In this document: positions 7,987-16,807 of the stretch, in pieces
Layout of the letters: the number at the start of each line of letters is the position of its first letter
Position numbering within the stretch: the stretch's first letter is position 1
Assembly (NCBI GenBank): GCA_964291235.2
Contig: OZ219815.1
Coordinates: 608,001 to 672,000 of the forward strand
From: Vicinamibacteria bacterium
GTDB taxonomy: Bacteria > Acidobacteriota > Vicinamibacteria > Marinacidobacterales > Marinacidobacteraceae
Direction: 5' to 3'
Length of the DNA stretch: 64,000 nt
The notes under the pieces: model-generated
The model's input: the letters and a program-made list of their open reading frames with translations, nothing else
What the model was told of the DNA's origin: nothing
Database searches by the model: none
Made by a program: the position numbers and the translations under genes

Positions 7987-9672
7987 ATGACCCGAAAAAC
8001 AACCCGATTCGGCCTGTTTTTGATCTTCGCCGCCGGGCTCGGCTTACTGGCCTGTGGAGCGCCCGAGACGGAGGACCGGACCGCCCCCGGCGCCGAGACG
8101 CTCGGCGTCCGGGCCGACGGCGACACCCAGATCTCCCCCGACCTGTCGCGGATTCCCGAGGAACTGCAGCAAGTGTTCCGCCACATCGACGACAACGTGG
8201 ATCGCCAGCACGTGATGAACCTGAGGCGCTGGATCCAGCAGCCGAGCATCTCGAACTCGGGCGAGGGAATCCCCGAGTCGGCCCAGATGGTCAAGGGGTT
8301 CTTCGATCAGCTCGGTTGCCAGCATTCCCAGGTGTACGAGATCCCCATGACCGAGTGGGGGCAGCCGGGCAATCCGGTGGTGTACGCGAACTGCAACTAC
8401 GGCGCCGAGCGCACCCTGCTCATCTACTGGATGTACGACACGATGCCGATCACCCAGCCCGAGGCCTGGGTGCTCCCGCCGTTCGACGGGGAGTTCACCG
8501 AGTTCGGCCCCTTCAAGAAGGTGATGATCGGCCGCGGCGCGACCAACTCCAAGGGTCCGCAGATGGTCCAGTGGAACGCCTTCCACTCGATCTACGAGGA
8601 AACCGGCACCATGCCGGTGAACCTGATCTTCATCGCCGAGGGCGACGAGGAGCGGATGTCCATCGGCCTCCGCCAGTTCGTCCGCGAAAACCCGGATCTG
8701 TTCCGCGAGGCGGAGGCGATGTACCGCTTCGGGCGGCAGTCACGCTCCGGCGCCGCGGGCATCGGGGGCGGTTCGGAAGGCTGCGTTTACATCGAACTCA
8801 CCACCAGCGGAGCGAGCTGGGGACGGGGCCCGGTGGCCTCCAACATCCACGGATCCAGAAAACGCTCCGTGGACGCCCCGGCGCTCCGCCACGTGAAGAT
8901 GCTCTCGTCACTGGTAACCGATGACGGGAACGGGGTGTTGGTTCCCGGGTTCTACGACGGCGCCGACCCGCTGAACGACGCGGAGGAAGCGATGTTCCAA
9001 AACGCCGCCGAGAACATCGACCTGGCGGTCGCCGCCGAGAACATCGGGGTGGCCCGCTTCATCAGCGACGATCCGCTGACCTACCTGAAGAGCGCGCGCT
9101 ACGGCATTTCCTTCAACATGGACGGCGTCTGGGCCGGCAACATGTATCCGGGCGGCGCCGGCGCCATTCTGCCGAACCGCATTACCTCCAAGCACAACAT
9201 GCGCTACGTCCCCAGCATGGACGGGCTGGAGATGGTCCAGAAGATCCGGGACTACCTGGATGAGCAGGGCTACGAGGACGTCGAGATGACGATCATCGGG
9301 GACGTCCCGTGGTCGAAGTCCAGCTACGACAACCGGGCGGCGCACTCCCTGCTGCACACCTATGACATTTTCGGGATCCCCTACCGGGACCCGATCGAAG
9401 GGGAGAGCATCCTCGGCGGTTACTGGCCCGCCTATCTCTTCAGCGGCCGGGACGGGGATTTCGCCGACGGCACCGACCTCTCGATGCCGATCGTGGGCGG
9501 CGCCGGCGGCCACGGAGGCGGCTCCCACGCGGCCAACGAGTTCTGGGTGATCGAGGGCGCCGGCAACGTCTATGGGATGGCCGGCGGCGAGAAGACGGTG
9601 GCGACCTTCCTCTACGCCTACGCGGGGCTGCTCCCCGATGCCCCGGCCGAGACCGGGATGGACGAGGAATAG
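7987..9672 (+). CDS. M20/M25/M40-family metallohydrolase lipoprotein, paralog 1
   Basis: Lipobox LLA-C; QPSIS, YWMYDTMP, GRGATNSKGP, EGDEE and HAANE motifs; GGAGG RBS. Confidence 0.88.
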   Translation: MTRKTTRFGLFLIFAAGLGLLACGAPETEDRTAPGAETLGVRADGDTQISPDLSRIPEELQQVFRHIDDNVDRQHVMNLRRWIQQPSISNSGEGIPESAQMVKGFFDQLGCQHSQVYEIPMTEWGQPGNPVVYANCNYGAERTLLIYWMYDTMPITQPEAWVLPPFDGEFTEFGPFKKVMIGRGATNSKGPQMVQWNAFHSIYEETGTMPVNLIFIAEGDEERMSIGLRQFVRENPDLFREAEAMYRFGRQSRSGAAGIGGGSEGCVYIELTTSGASWGRGPVASNIHGSRKRSVDAPALRHVKMLSSLVTDDGNGVLVPGFYDGADPLNDAEEAMFQNAAENIDLAVAAENIGVARFISDDPLTYLKSARYGISFNMDGVWAGNMYPGGAGAILPNRITSKHNMRYVPSMDGLEMVQKIRDYLDEQGYEDVEMTIIGDVPWSKSSYDNRAAHSLLHTYDIFGIPYRDPIEGESILGGYWPAYLFSGRDGDFADGTDLSMPIVGGAGGHGGGSHAANEFWVIEGAGNVYGMAGGEKTVATFLYAYAGLLPDAPAETGMDEE

Positions 9673-9735
9673 CAATCCGAAAGCGTTCCGCTCCGGCGTG
9701 GTCGCGTCCGCGCCGCGGGCGGCGCACCTCGCCCT

Positions 9736-9765
9736 TTGACAGGCCGGCCGGAAGGGACATATCTT
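9736..9765 (+). promoter_or_regulatory. Sigma70-type promoter of M20 paralog 2
   Basis: TTGACA-18 bp-TATCTT. Confidence 0.7.
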
Positions 9766-9832
9766 CCAGAGTTGGCCGTCCCCCGGAGTGAGGTGCGGCC
9801 GCTGCTCGGTCCCACCCACGAAGGAGATTTTG

Positions 9833-11515
9833 ATGACGCGAAACGCAACCCGATTCGGCCTGTTCCTGCTGCTCGTTTGCGGGCTCGGCTGGCTCGCCTG
9901 CGGAGCCCCCGAAATGGAGGACCGGATGGCGCCCGCCACCGAGACACTCGGCGTGCGCGCCGCGGGCGACACGGAAATTGCACCCGACATGTCGCAGATC
10001 CCCGAGGAACTCCAGCAGGTGTTCGGGCACATCGACGACAACATCGATGAGCACGTGATGAATCTCCGTCGCTGGATCCAGCAGCCGAGCATCTCGAACT
10101 CGGGCGAGGGAATCCCCGAATCAGCCCAGATGGTCAAGGGGTTCTTCGACCAGCTCGGCTGTCAGCAATCGCAGGTGTACGAGATTCCCATGACCGAATG
10201 GGGGCAGCCCGGCAACCCGGTCGTGTATGCGAACTGCGACTACGGCAAGGAGCACACGATCCTCATCTACTGGATGTACGACACGATGCCGATCACCCAG
10301 CCCGAGGCCTGGGTGCTCCCGCCGTTCGACGGGGAGTTCACCGAGTTCGGCCCCTTCAAGAAGGTGATGATCGGCCGCGGCGCGACCAACTCCAAGGGTC
10401 CGCAGATGGTCCAGTGGAACGCCTTCCACTCCATCTACGAGGAGACCGGATCCATGCCGGTCAACCTGATCTTCATCGCCGAGGGTGACGAGGAGCGGAT
10501 GTCCATCGGCCTCCGGCAGTTCGTCCGCGAAAATCCGGAACTCTTCGCCGAGGCGGACGCGATGTATCGCTTCGGTTCCCAGTCGCGCTCCGGGGCCGCC
10601 GGCATCGGCGGCGGATCGGAAGGCTGCGTTTACATCGAACTCACCACCAGCGGAGCGAGCTGGGGACGGGGCCCGGTGGCCTCCAACATTCATGGGGCAC
10701 ACAAGCGCTCCACCGACGCCCCGGCGCTCCGCCACGTAAAAATGCTCTCTTCCCTGGTTACCGAGGACGGGAACGGGGTGTTGATTCCCGGGTTCTACGA
10801 CGGCGCCGACCCGCTGAACGACGCCGAGGAGGCGATGTTCCAAAACGCCGCCGAGAACATCGACATGGCCGTTGCCGCCGAGAACATCGGAGTGGCCCGC
10901 TTCATCAGCGACGATCCGCTGACCTACCTGAAGAGCGCGCGCTACGGCATTTCCTTCAACATGGACGGCGTCTGGGCCGGCAACATGTATCCCGGCGGCG
11001 CCGGCGCGATCCTGCCGAACCGGATTACCTCCAAGCACAACATGCGCTACGTCCCCAGCATGGACGGGCTGGACATGGTCCAGAAGATCCGGGACTACCT
11101 GGATGAGCAAGGCTACGAGGACGTCGAAATGACGATCATCGGAGACGTCCCGTGGTCGAAGTCCAGCTACGACAACCGGGCGGCGCATTCGCTGCTCCGC
11201 ACCTACGACGTCTTCGGCATCCGCTACCGCGATCCCCTCGAGGGCGAATCCATACTGGGCGGTTACTGGCCGGCATACCTGTTCAGCGGCAGGGACGGGG
11301 ACTTCGCCGACGGCACCGACCTCTCGATGCCGATCGTCGGCGGGGCGGCCGGACACGGCGGCGGCGCCCACGCGGCCAACGAGTTCTGGGTCATTGAGGG
11401 CGCCGGCGAGGTCTATGGGATGGCCGGGGCCGAGAAGTCGATCGCTACTTTCCTCTACGCCTATGCCGGACTGCTACCCGATGCCCCGGCCGAGACAGGG
11501 ATGGACGAGGACTAG
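9833..11515 (+). CDS. M20/M25/M40-family metallohydrolase lipoprotein, paralog 2 (tandem duplicate)
   Basis: Nearly identical to 7987-9672; AAGGAG RBS before ATG 9833; lipobox WLA-C. Confidence 0.88.
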   Translation: MTRNATRFGLFLLLVCGLGWLACGAPEMEDRMAPATETLGVRAAGDTEIAPDMSQIPEELQQVFGHIDDNIDEHVMNLRRWIQQPSISNSGEGIPESAQMVKGFFDQLGCQQSQVYEIPMTEWGQPGNPVVYANCDYGKEHTILIYWMYDTMPITQPEAWVLPPFDGEFTEFGPFKKVMIGRGATNSKGPQMVQWNAFHSIYEETGSMPVNLIFIAEGDEERMSIGLRQFVRENPELFAEADAMYRFGSQSRSGAAGIGGGSEGCVYIELTTSGASWGRGPVASNIHGAHKRSTDAPALRHVKMLSSLVTEDGNGVLIPGFYDGADPLNDAEEAMFQNAAENIDMAVAAENIGVARFISDDPLTYLKSARYGISFNMDGVWAGNMYPGGAGAILPNRITSKHNMRYVPSMDGLDMVQKIRDYLDEQGYEDVEMTIIGDVPWSKSSYDNRAAHSLLRTYDVFGIRYRDPLEGESILGGYWPAYLFSGRDGDFADGTDLSMPIVGGAAGHGGGAHAANEFWVIEGAGEVYGMAGAEKSIATFLYAYAGLLPDAPAETGMDED

Positions 11516-11698
11516 CAGCCCGTGGCAAAACCCACGCGGCGTTCGACGAGCGATGCATCCCGTCTGAACCGTGCCGCTTCGCGGCGCTCGGCGTTGCGCT
11601 TCGGTCGAAATACACCCGGTATTCCTCCCTCGCGCGCCTTCTCAGCCGGGCGCCTCGCCCGTCTCGGCGCTCACGCGGGTTTCACCACGGGCTGCTAG
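11512..11698 (-). mobile_element. 187-bp MITE-like structured element, copy 2
   Basis: CTAG-CAGCCCGTGG...CCACGGGCTG-CTAG; the left CTAG contains the M20 stop codon. Confidence 0.85.
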
Positions 11699-11808
11699 CA
11701 ACCGGAAATTGAGCAGCGCTCTGGTTCGTCCCGGGGACCCGGCTTCCGGAGGGGAGCCGGGTCCGACGTTTGGGGCGCGCCCCTGACCCCTGAAAGGCCA
11801 CGAGACCC

Positions 11809-12546
11809 ATGCCGGAGGAATCGCCTCCCACCGCAATTGAAGTTCGGGATCTCGTCAAGACGTACGTCCTGAGCGAGACCCATCGGGTGGAGGCCCTCCG
11901 TGGACTCACCCTGTCGGTGGACAAGGGGGAGTTCCTGTCGGTCCTCGGCCCGTCCGGATCCGGCAAGAGCACCCTGATGCACATCATCGGCTGTCTCGAC
12001 CAGCCGACCTCCGGGGAATACCACCTCATGGGACGCGACATCTCCCGCCTCGGGAACGACGAGCGCGCCCGCATCCGGAACGAGGAGATCGGGTTCGTCT
12101 TCCAGAGCTTCCACCTGCTCGCCCGGGCCAGCGCCCTCGAGAACGTGGAACTTCCCATGCTCTACGGGGCCAAGCGGCCGGGACGCGAAGAAAGACGCCG
12201 GAAGGCGTCCGAAGCGTTGGCGGCCGTGGGCCTCTCCGACCGGGCGACCCACGCCCCGAGCCAGCTCTCCGGAGGCCAGCAGCAGCGGGTTGCCATCGCC
12301 CGGGCCCTCGCCAACCGGCCGCGCCTCCTGCTGGCGGACGAACCGACCGGCAATCTGGACACCCGGACCGGACGGGAAATCCTCGACACCTTCGCCCGGC
12401 TCAACTCGGAACGAGGACTGACCGTGATCATGATCACCCACGACCGGCAGGTGGCGCAGTATGCCTCCCGAAGCGTTGAGCTGCGGGACGGACGAATCCT
12501 CACCGACGAAGGAATATCGAGCAATGGAGCAGACCCCGGTGCCTGA
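11809..12546 (+). CDS. ABC transporter ATP-binding protein (MacB/LolD type)
   Basis: GPSGSGKST, LSGGQQQRV, LLADEPTGNLD, ITHD. Confidence 0.95.
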   Translation: MPEESPPTAIEVRDLVKTYVLSETHRVEALRGLTLSVDKGEFLSVLGPSGSGKSTLMHIIGCLDQPTSGEYHLMGRDISRLGNDERARIRNEEIGFVFQSFHLLARASALENVELPMLYGAKRPGREERRRKASEALAAVGLSDRATHAPSQLSGGQQQRVAIARALANRPRLLLADEPTGNLDTRTGREILDTFARLNSERGLTVIMITHDRQVAQYASRSVELRDGRILTDEGISSNGADPGA

Positions 12547-14074
12547 TCCCAAAAACGGAGCACGTTTCCAGCGCCTGTTACGCGAGTTGCCCGCCGAACG
12601 GCGCACGGCGCTCGAAACCGCCGTCCAGAGCCTGCGGCGCTACCCGCTCCGGACCACGCTGACCCTGCTCGGCCTCGCGTTCGGGGTGGCGGCCCTGATG
12701 GCGACGATCGCCCTCGGTCGCGGTGCCCAGGGTGCGATCCAGGATCAGGTGCGCGCCGCCGGTCTCAACGTGATCGAGGTGACGGCCGGCAACTATCGGA
12801 CCCGCGGAGAGCGGCCCATCGGGGGCATCGAGGCGCCCGCCCGGCATGGGGCGGCCCTCCCTCCTGGCGTGCTGGAGCGCTTCCTGAGGAAGATCGAGCC
12901 GGTGGCTCTGGCGCATCCCGAGAACGATCCGATGGAAAAACACGATCATCCGACGGCCGCGGATCGGCTCGGAGATTCGGCAGCCGGTCTCGGCGCGGCG
13001 GCGACGCTGACCAGCGACGACGCCGACGCGATCGCATCGCTACCCGGTGTCGCCCATGTCGCATCAGGCATCCACGAGAGCGTCCGCATCTTCGCCGGTG
13101 ACCGACGCTGGTTCACACGGCTTCACGGCACCGACGTGGACCTCGTGCAGATCCGCCGGTCGTTCGCGATGCAGCACGGACGGTTCTTCAGTGCCGGAGA
13201 ACTGAGGCGCTCCTCCCAGGTGGTGGTGCTCGGCAGCGTCGCGCGGGACCAGCTCTTCGGCCAGGGCGAGGACCCGGTCGGCCGCGAGGTCAGCATCTGG
13301 AACCAGTCGTTCGAGGTGGTCGGCGTCGTGGTGAGCAGCAACTGGATGAATCCCGGCGCTCCCGGCGACGATGAATTCGACGCGGTGTACACACCCTTTA
13401 CCGCCGTCCATCGGCTGCTCAACGCCACGAACCTCAACTCCATCACCGTGACCGCGGCGTCGTCCGGACGGGTCACCGAGGTGTCCCGGGACATCACCGA
13501 TCTGCTCCGCGAGCGGCACGGAATCGGGGAAACCCAGGCTGACGATTTCACGGTGACGACCCAAGCGTCGGAGGTGCTCGGCAAGGGCCTTCATCCGAAG
13601 GTGGCCGAAACCCTCGCCGGCAACATCCCGAATCTCGAACGCACCACCCTGCGACAGCTCGCCGCGACCCTCGAACGTTCCAGCAGCACCATGTCGGCGC
13701 TGCTGCTCGCCATCGCGCTCGTCTCGTTGATCGTGGGCGCGATCGGGATTTCGAACGTCATGCTGCTCTCGGTGCGCGAACGGATCCGCGAAATCGGGCT
13801 GCGAATGGCGGTCGGAGCGCAGACCGGGGATGTCGGCAACCAGTTCCTCACCGAGTCCGTGCTGCTCGGCGCCGCCGGGGGGGTGCTGGGCGTCGTGATC
13901 GGCGCGGTGGCCGCGGTGGTAGTCGAGAGTTCGTTCGGATTGGCGGTCGAGGTTTCGGCAGTGGCCGGCCTGATCTCGTTCCTGGTGGCGCTCCTCACCG
14001 GAGTGATCGCCGGGGTCAGTCCGGCGCGGCGAGCCGCCCGTCTCGACCCGATCGTCGCCCTCGGTTCGGAATAG
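12524..14074 (+). CDS. MacB/FtsX-family ABC permease with a His-containing periplasmic insertion
   Basis: LRTTLTLLGLAFGVAAL; NVMLLSVRERIREIGLRMAVGA; RLDPIVAL; insert HPENDPMEKHDHP; overlaps the ATPase stop. Confidence 0.9.
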   Translation: MEQTPVPDPKNGARFQRLLRELPAERRTALETAVQSLRRYPLRTTLTLLGLAFGVAALMATIALGRGAQGAIQDQVRAAGLNVIEVTAGNYRTRGERPIGGIEAPARHGAALPPGVLERFLRKIEPVALAHPENDPMEKHDHPTAADRLGDSAAGLGAAATLTSDDADAIASLPGVAHVASGIHESVRIFAGDRRWFTRLHGTDVDLVQIRRSFAMQHGRFFSAGELRRSSQVVVLGSVARDQLFGQGEDPVGREVSIWNQSFEVVGVVVSSNWMNPGAPGDDEFDAVYTPFTAVHRLLNATNLNSITVTAASSGRVTEVSRDITDLLRERHGIGETQADDFTVTTQASEVLGKGLHPKVAETLAGNIPNLERTTLRQLAATLERSSSTMSALLLAIALVSLIVGAIGISNVMLLSVRERIREIGLRMAVGAQTGDVGNQFLTESVLLGAAGGVLGVVIGAVAAVVVESSFGLAVEVSAVAGLISFLVALLTGVIAGVSPARRAARLDPIVALGSE

Positions 14075-14121
14075 GAATCCGCCGGCCGGCGAGCGGCGGC
14101 AGGTTCAGTCGGGCAGCGGGA

Positions 14122-14308
14122 TTAACAGCCTGTGGACAAAGTCACGCGGCATTCGAACAGCGATGCATCCCGGCTGAACCGGGCCGCTGCGCGACCCTCA
14201 TCGTTGCGTTTCGGTCGGAATACACTCGGTATTCCTTCCTCACGCGCCTTGTCAGCCGGGCGCCTCACTGTTCTCGGTGCTCACGTCACTTTATCCACAG
14301 GCTGTTAA
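14122..14308 (-). mobile_element. 187-bp MITE-like structured element, copy 3
   Basis: TTAA-CAGCCTGTGGA...TCCACAGGCTG-TTAA. Confidence 0.85.
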
Positions 14309-14495
14309 CGGAGCGGTCAGGCCGGACGGATCCGCCTGAGCGAAGACCCGCTCCAGCCGCCACTGAATCCAGATTCCATCGCCGCCGCCCGAGAGGAGAA
14401 AGAACAGCAAGAAGCCGGCGGCGATCGCCGCATCAGGAAACCGGCGGACCCGCTCTTTGATCACCCGGTCTGTGCGGGGCTACCGGTATCGCTTC

Positions 14496-16694
14496 TCAGC
14501 GCTCCTGTTCCTGACGCGGCGGCGCGCCGCGCTCGGCTTCGCTGACCCGGGTCAGGGCTTCCTCGACCTGCGGCTGTTCCGCGTCGAGCGTCAAAGAGCG
14601 CTCGAACGCCTCCCGGGCTCCGGCAAAGTCGGAAACCTGAAACCGGGCGAGCCCCAGCAGGTTGAGGCTCTGCGTGTCCGGGTTCTCGAGCAGGATGGCG
14701 CGGGCCAGCAGGTCTTCGGCGTCCTCGTAGCGGCCCAAATGGAAATACGCCTCCCCGAGGACCCGAAGCAGGTCGTAGCGGTCCTGGACTTCCGCATAGA
14801 CCGGCTCCAGCAGTTCCACCACCGTCGCCGGGTTGCCCGCTTCGATTTCGAGCCCCGCCAGGAGCTCGCGGGCGCGTCCGAGGCGAGGCGCCATCGCCAC
14901 GGCTTGCTCGATCACCGGGCGAGCCTCCTCCGTCCGTTCCAGCGCCATGAGCTGTTCGCCCAGCGCCAGGCTCGTGAAGCCCGGGTTCTCCGGTCCGAAG
15001 GGCAGCATGTTGCCGTGAAAACCTGCCTCGAGCAGATTTCCGCGGGGAGATACCGTGAACGGCGCGCGGCGTGAAGACATCACGCCCCCGGCCCGGTCGA
15101 GCAGGTCCGCCTGGATCTCGTAGCGCCCCGCTCCGATGTCCAGCAGGGAAAAATCGAGCGCCACAAATCCGCTCGCCGCATCCGGCTCCGCTGGCTCGTC
15201 GCTCGTGTACGCCACCTCGCCATCGGTCAGCGGTTCGCGGCTCACGATCCGGAAGCGGACCGACGCTTCCTCGGGCGCGTGCTGGGGCACCACTCCGGCG
15301 ACAAAGTTGTCGCCGATGGCGTAAACCCCCTGCGGGTTGGGCACTACGCCGGCAAGGCCGATTCGAAAGGGGCGATAGCGCGCCGGAGCCGCTTCGATCC
15401 GCCTCCCGAGCACCAGGTCGCTGAGTCGTGCGGTTCCGTCGCGCGGTGGCACGCTGACGTCGGTCTCGATCAGGGTGTAGCTCTTCGCGCAGTCTTCCTC
15501 TTCCCGCGAGGCGCACGCCCGGTTCCGGAGCACGATGCGCACGGTGTGATCCCCCGGGATCAGCGGCAGGACACCGGCCCAGGAGAACGGGCGCTGCAGG
15601 GTGCCGCGCGCCTCTTCGTCCGTCAGGGAAACGAAGGACTCCCTCCGGAATTCGGTGACGATCTGCTCGGGGTCGTCGCGCAAGACAGCTTCGACGGACC
15701 CAATGAACGCGGTGTCATAGCTGCCGCGATCCTCGTTGCGGATGAAGGCGGTGTACTGGGCGTCCACCTGGACCACCCAATGCAGGAAGGAGGCGTCTTC
15801 AGGCCCCGGAAGAACCGCTACCGCACCGTGTCCGGGGACGTAGGTGAACAGGTAGTCGGCCTCGATCGCGCCCCGTTCGAAGTCGAGCCGGTCCGCATAG
15901 CTGTCGTCGAGGCCGCGGAACGGCACCTCGTGGATATCTCCCAGCAGGTCCAGCGAGCCGAAGGGCACGGCCTGGAACCGGGTGATGTCCTGCTCGTCGG
16001 TGCGGAAGGACATGGCCGCGTTCGCGATCTCGGGGTCGAATTCGTAGAGGACTTCGTACGCGCGTTCCATCTCGTCGCGAAAATCCCGGCGCTCGGGCTG
16101 ATAGCCGGTCAGGAGCGCCGCGGGGCCGTCCGAAATGGGGTCGTAGAGCTGTAGTTCCCCGACTCCGTGCCGTCTCCAGAAGAGGAGATAGAAGAACGCC
16201 GGAAGTCCGAAACGCTTCAGCTCCGAGTTGTTGAAGAACCAGAGTTCGGTCGGGTAGATCTCATCCCGAGCTTCGAAATTCTGGATCGATCGGGGCGCCC
16301 CGAGCAGGATGTAGTAGCGGCCGCGGTCCGTCTGCCAACCCTCGCGGAAGGTGGAGCGCCCGAACCACTTGTTCACGTAGTCGAACCGCTCGTAGTGCTC
16401 GATCCTGAACTCGTTCTCGGGGGTCGAGGGGTTGTGGTCGCGCTTCCGCCAGAAAGCATCCACGAACGACTCGCGCTGTTGCTCGGAGGTCAGCGTCAGG
16501 AACACCCGCTTCTCGCGATCGGTGATGAGATAGACGACCTCCTCGGTCAGCCAGACTTGGTAGTGCTCCGGAAGGGCCGCGATCTTCTCTTTCTCGCTCA
16601 ATTCCTCCTGCGCCGCGCCCGACGCGGTGATTCCGGCTACGAGGATCGCGGCAAGAACCAGAATGGAGGGGAGACGCCGTACTGTTGGAGCCAT
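14496..16694 (-). CDS. GWxTD domain protein with C-terminal TPRs
   Basis: Signal peptide; WLTEEVVYLITDRE, FWRKRD and GWQTDRGRYYILLG motifs; TPR-like C-terminus. Confidence 0.9.
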   Translation of the reverse strand: MAPTVRRLPSILVLAAILVAGITASGAAQEELSEKEKIAALPEHYQVWLTEEVVYLITDREKRVFLTLTSEQQRESFVDAFWRKRDHNPSTPENEFRIEHYERFDYVNKWFGRSTFREGWQTDRGRYYILLGAPRSIQNFEARDEIYPTELWFFNNSELKRFGLPAFFYLLFWRRHGVGELQLYDPISDGPAALLTGYQPERRDFRDEMERAYEVLYEFDPEIANAAMSFRTDEQDITRFQAVPFGSLDLLGDIHEVPFRGLDDSYADRLDFERGAIEADYLFTYVPGHGAVAVLPGPEDASFLHWVVQVDAQYTAFIRNEDRGSYDTAFIGSVEAVLRDDPEQIVTEFRRESFVSLTDEEARGTLQRPFSWAGVLPLIPGDHTVRIVLRNRACASREEEDCAKSYTLIETDVSVPPRDGTARLSDLVLGRRIEAAPARYRPFRIGLAGVVPNPQGVYAIGDNFVAGVVPQHAPEEASVRFRIVSREPLTDGEVAYTSDEPAEPDAASGFVALDFSLLDIGAGRYEIQADLLDRAGGVMSSRRAPFTVSPRGNLLEAGFHGNMLPFGPENPGFTSLALGEQLMALERTEEARPVIEQAVAMAPRLGRARELLAGLEIEAGNPATVVELLEPVYAEVQDRYDLLRVLGEAYFHLGRYEDAEDLLARAILLENPDTQSLNLLGLARFQVSDFAGAREAFERSLTLDAEQPQVEEALTRVSEAERGAPPRQEQER

Positions 16695-16807
16695 GAGGAG
16701 TTGATGGTAGTCCCCGCGAAACCGGCGCGCAAAGCACTGGTGAGGAGTGCCGCGGAGGCCCCCTCGCCCCTCCCCCGCCAAATCTTGCGATACTCCGGCC
16801 CGAGCGC

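Noticed and set aside
7735-11698. Composite transposon: inverted element copies 1 and 2 bracketing the two M20 genes
   Set aside because: The paralog-1 promoter, homologous to that of paralog 2, lies outside copy 1. The copies are diverged and each has its own flanks, so independent insertions fit better.
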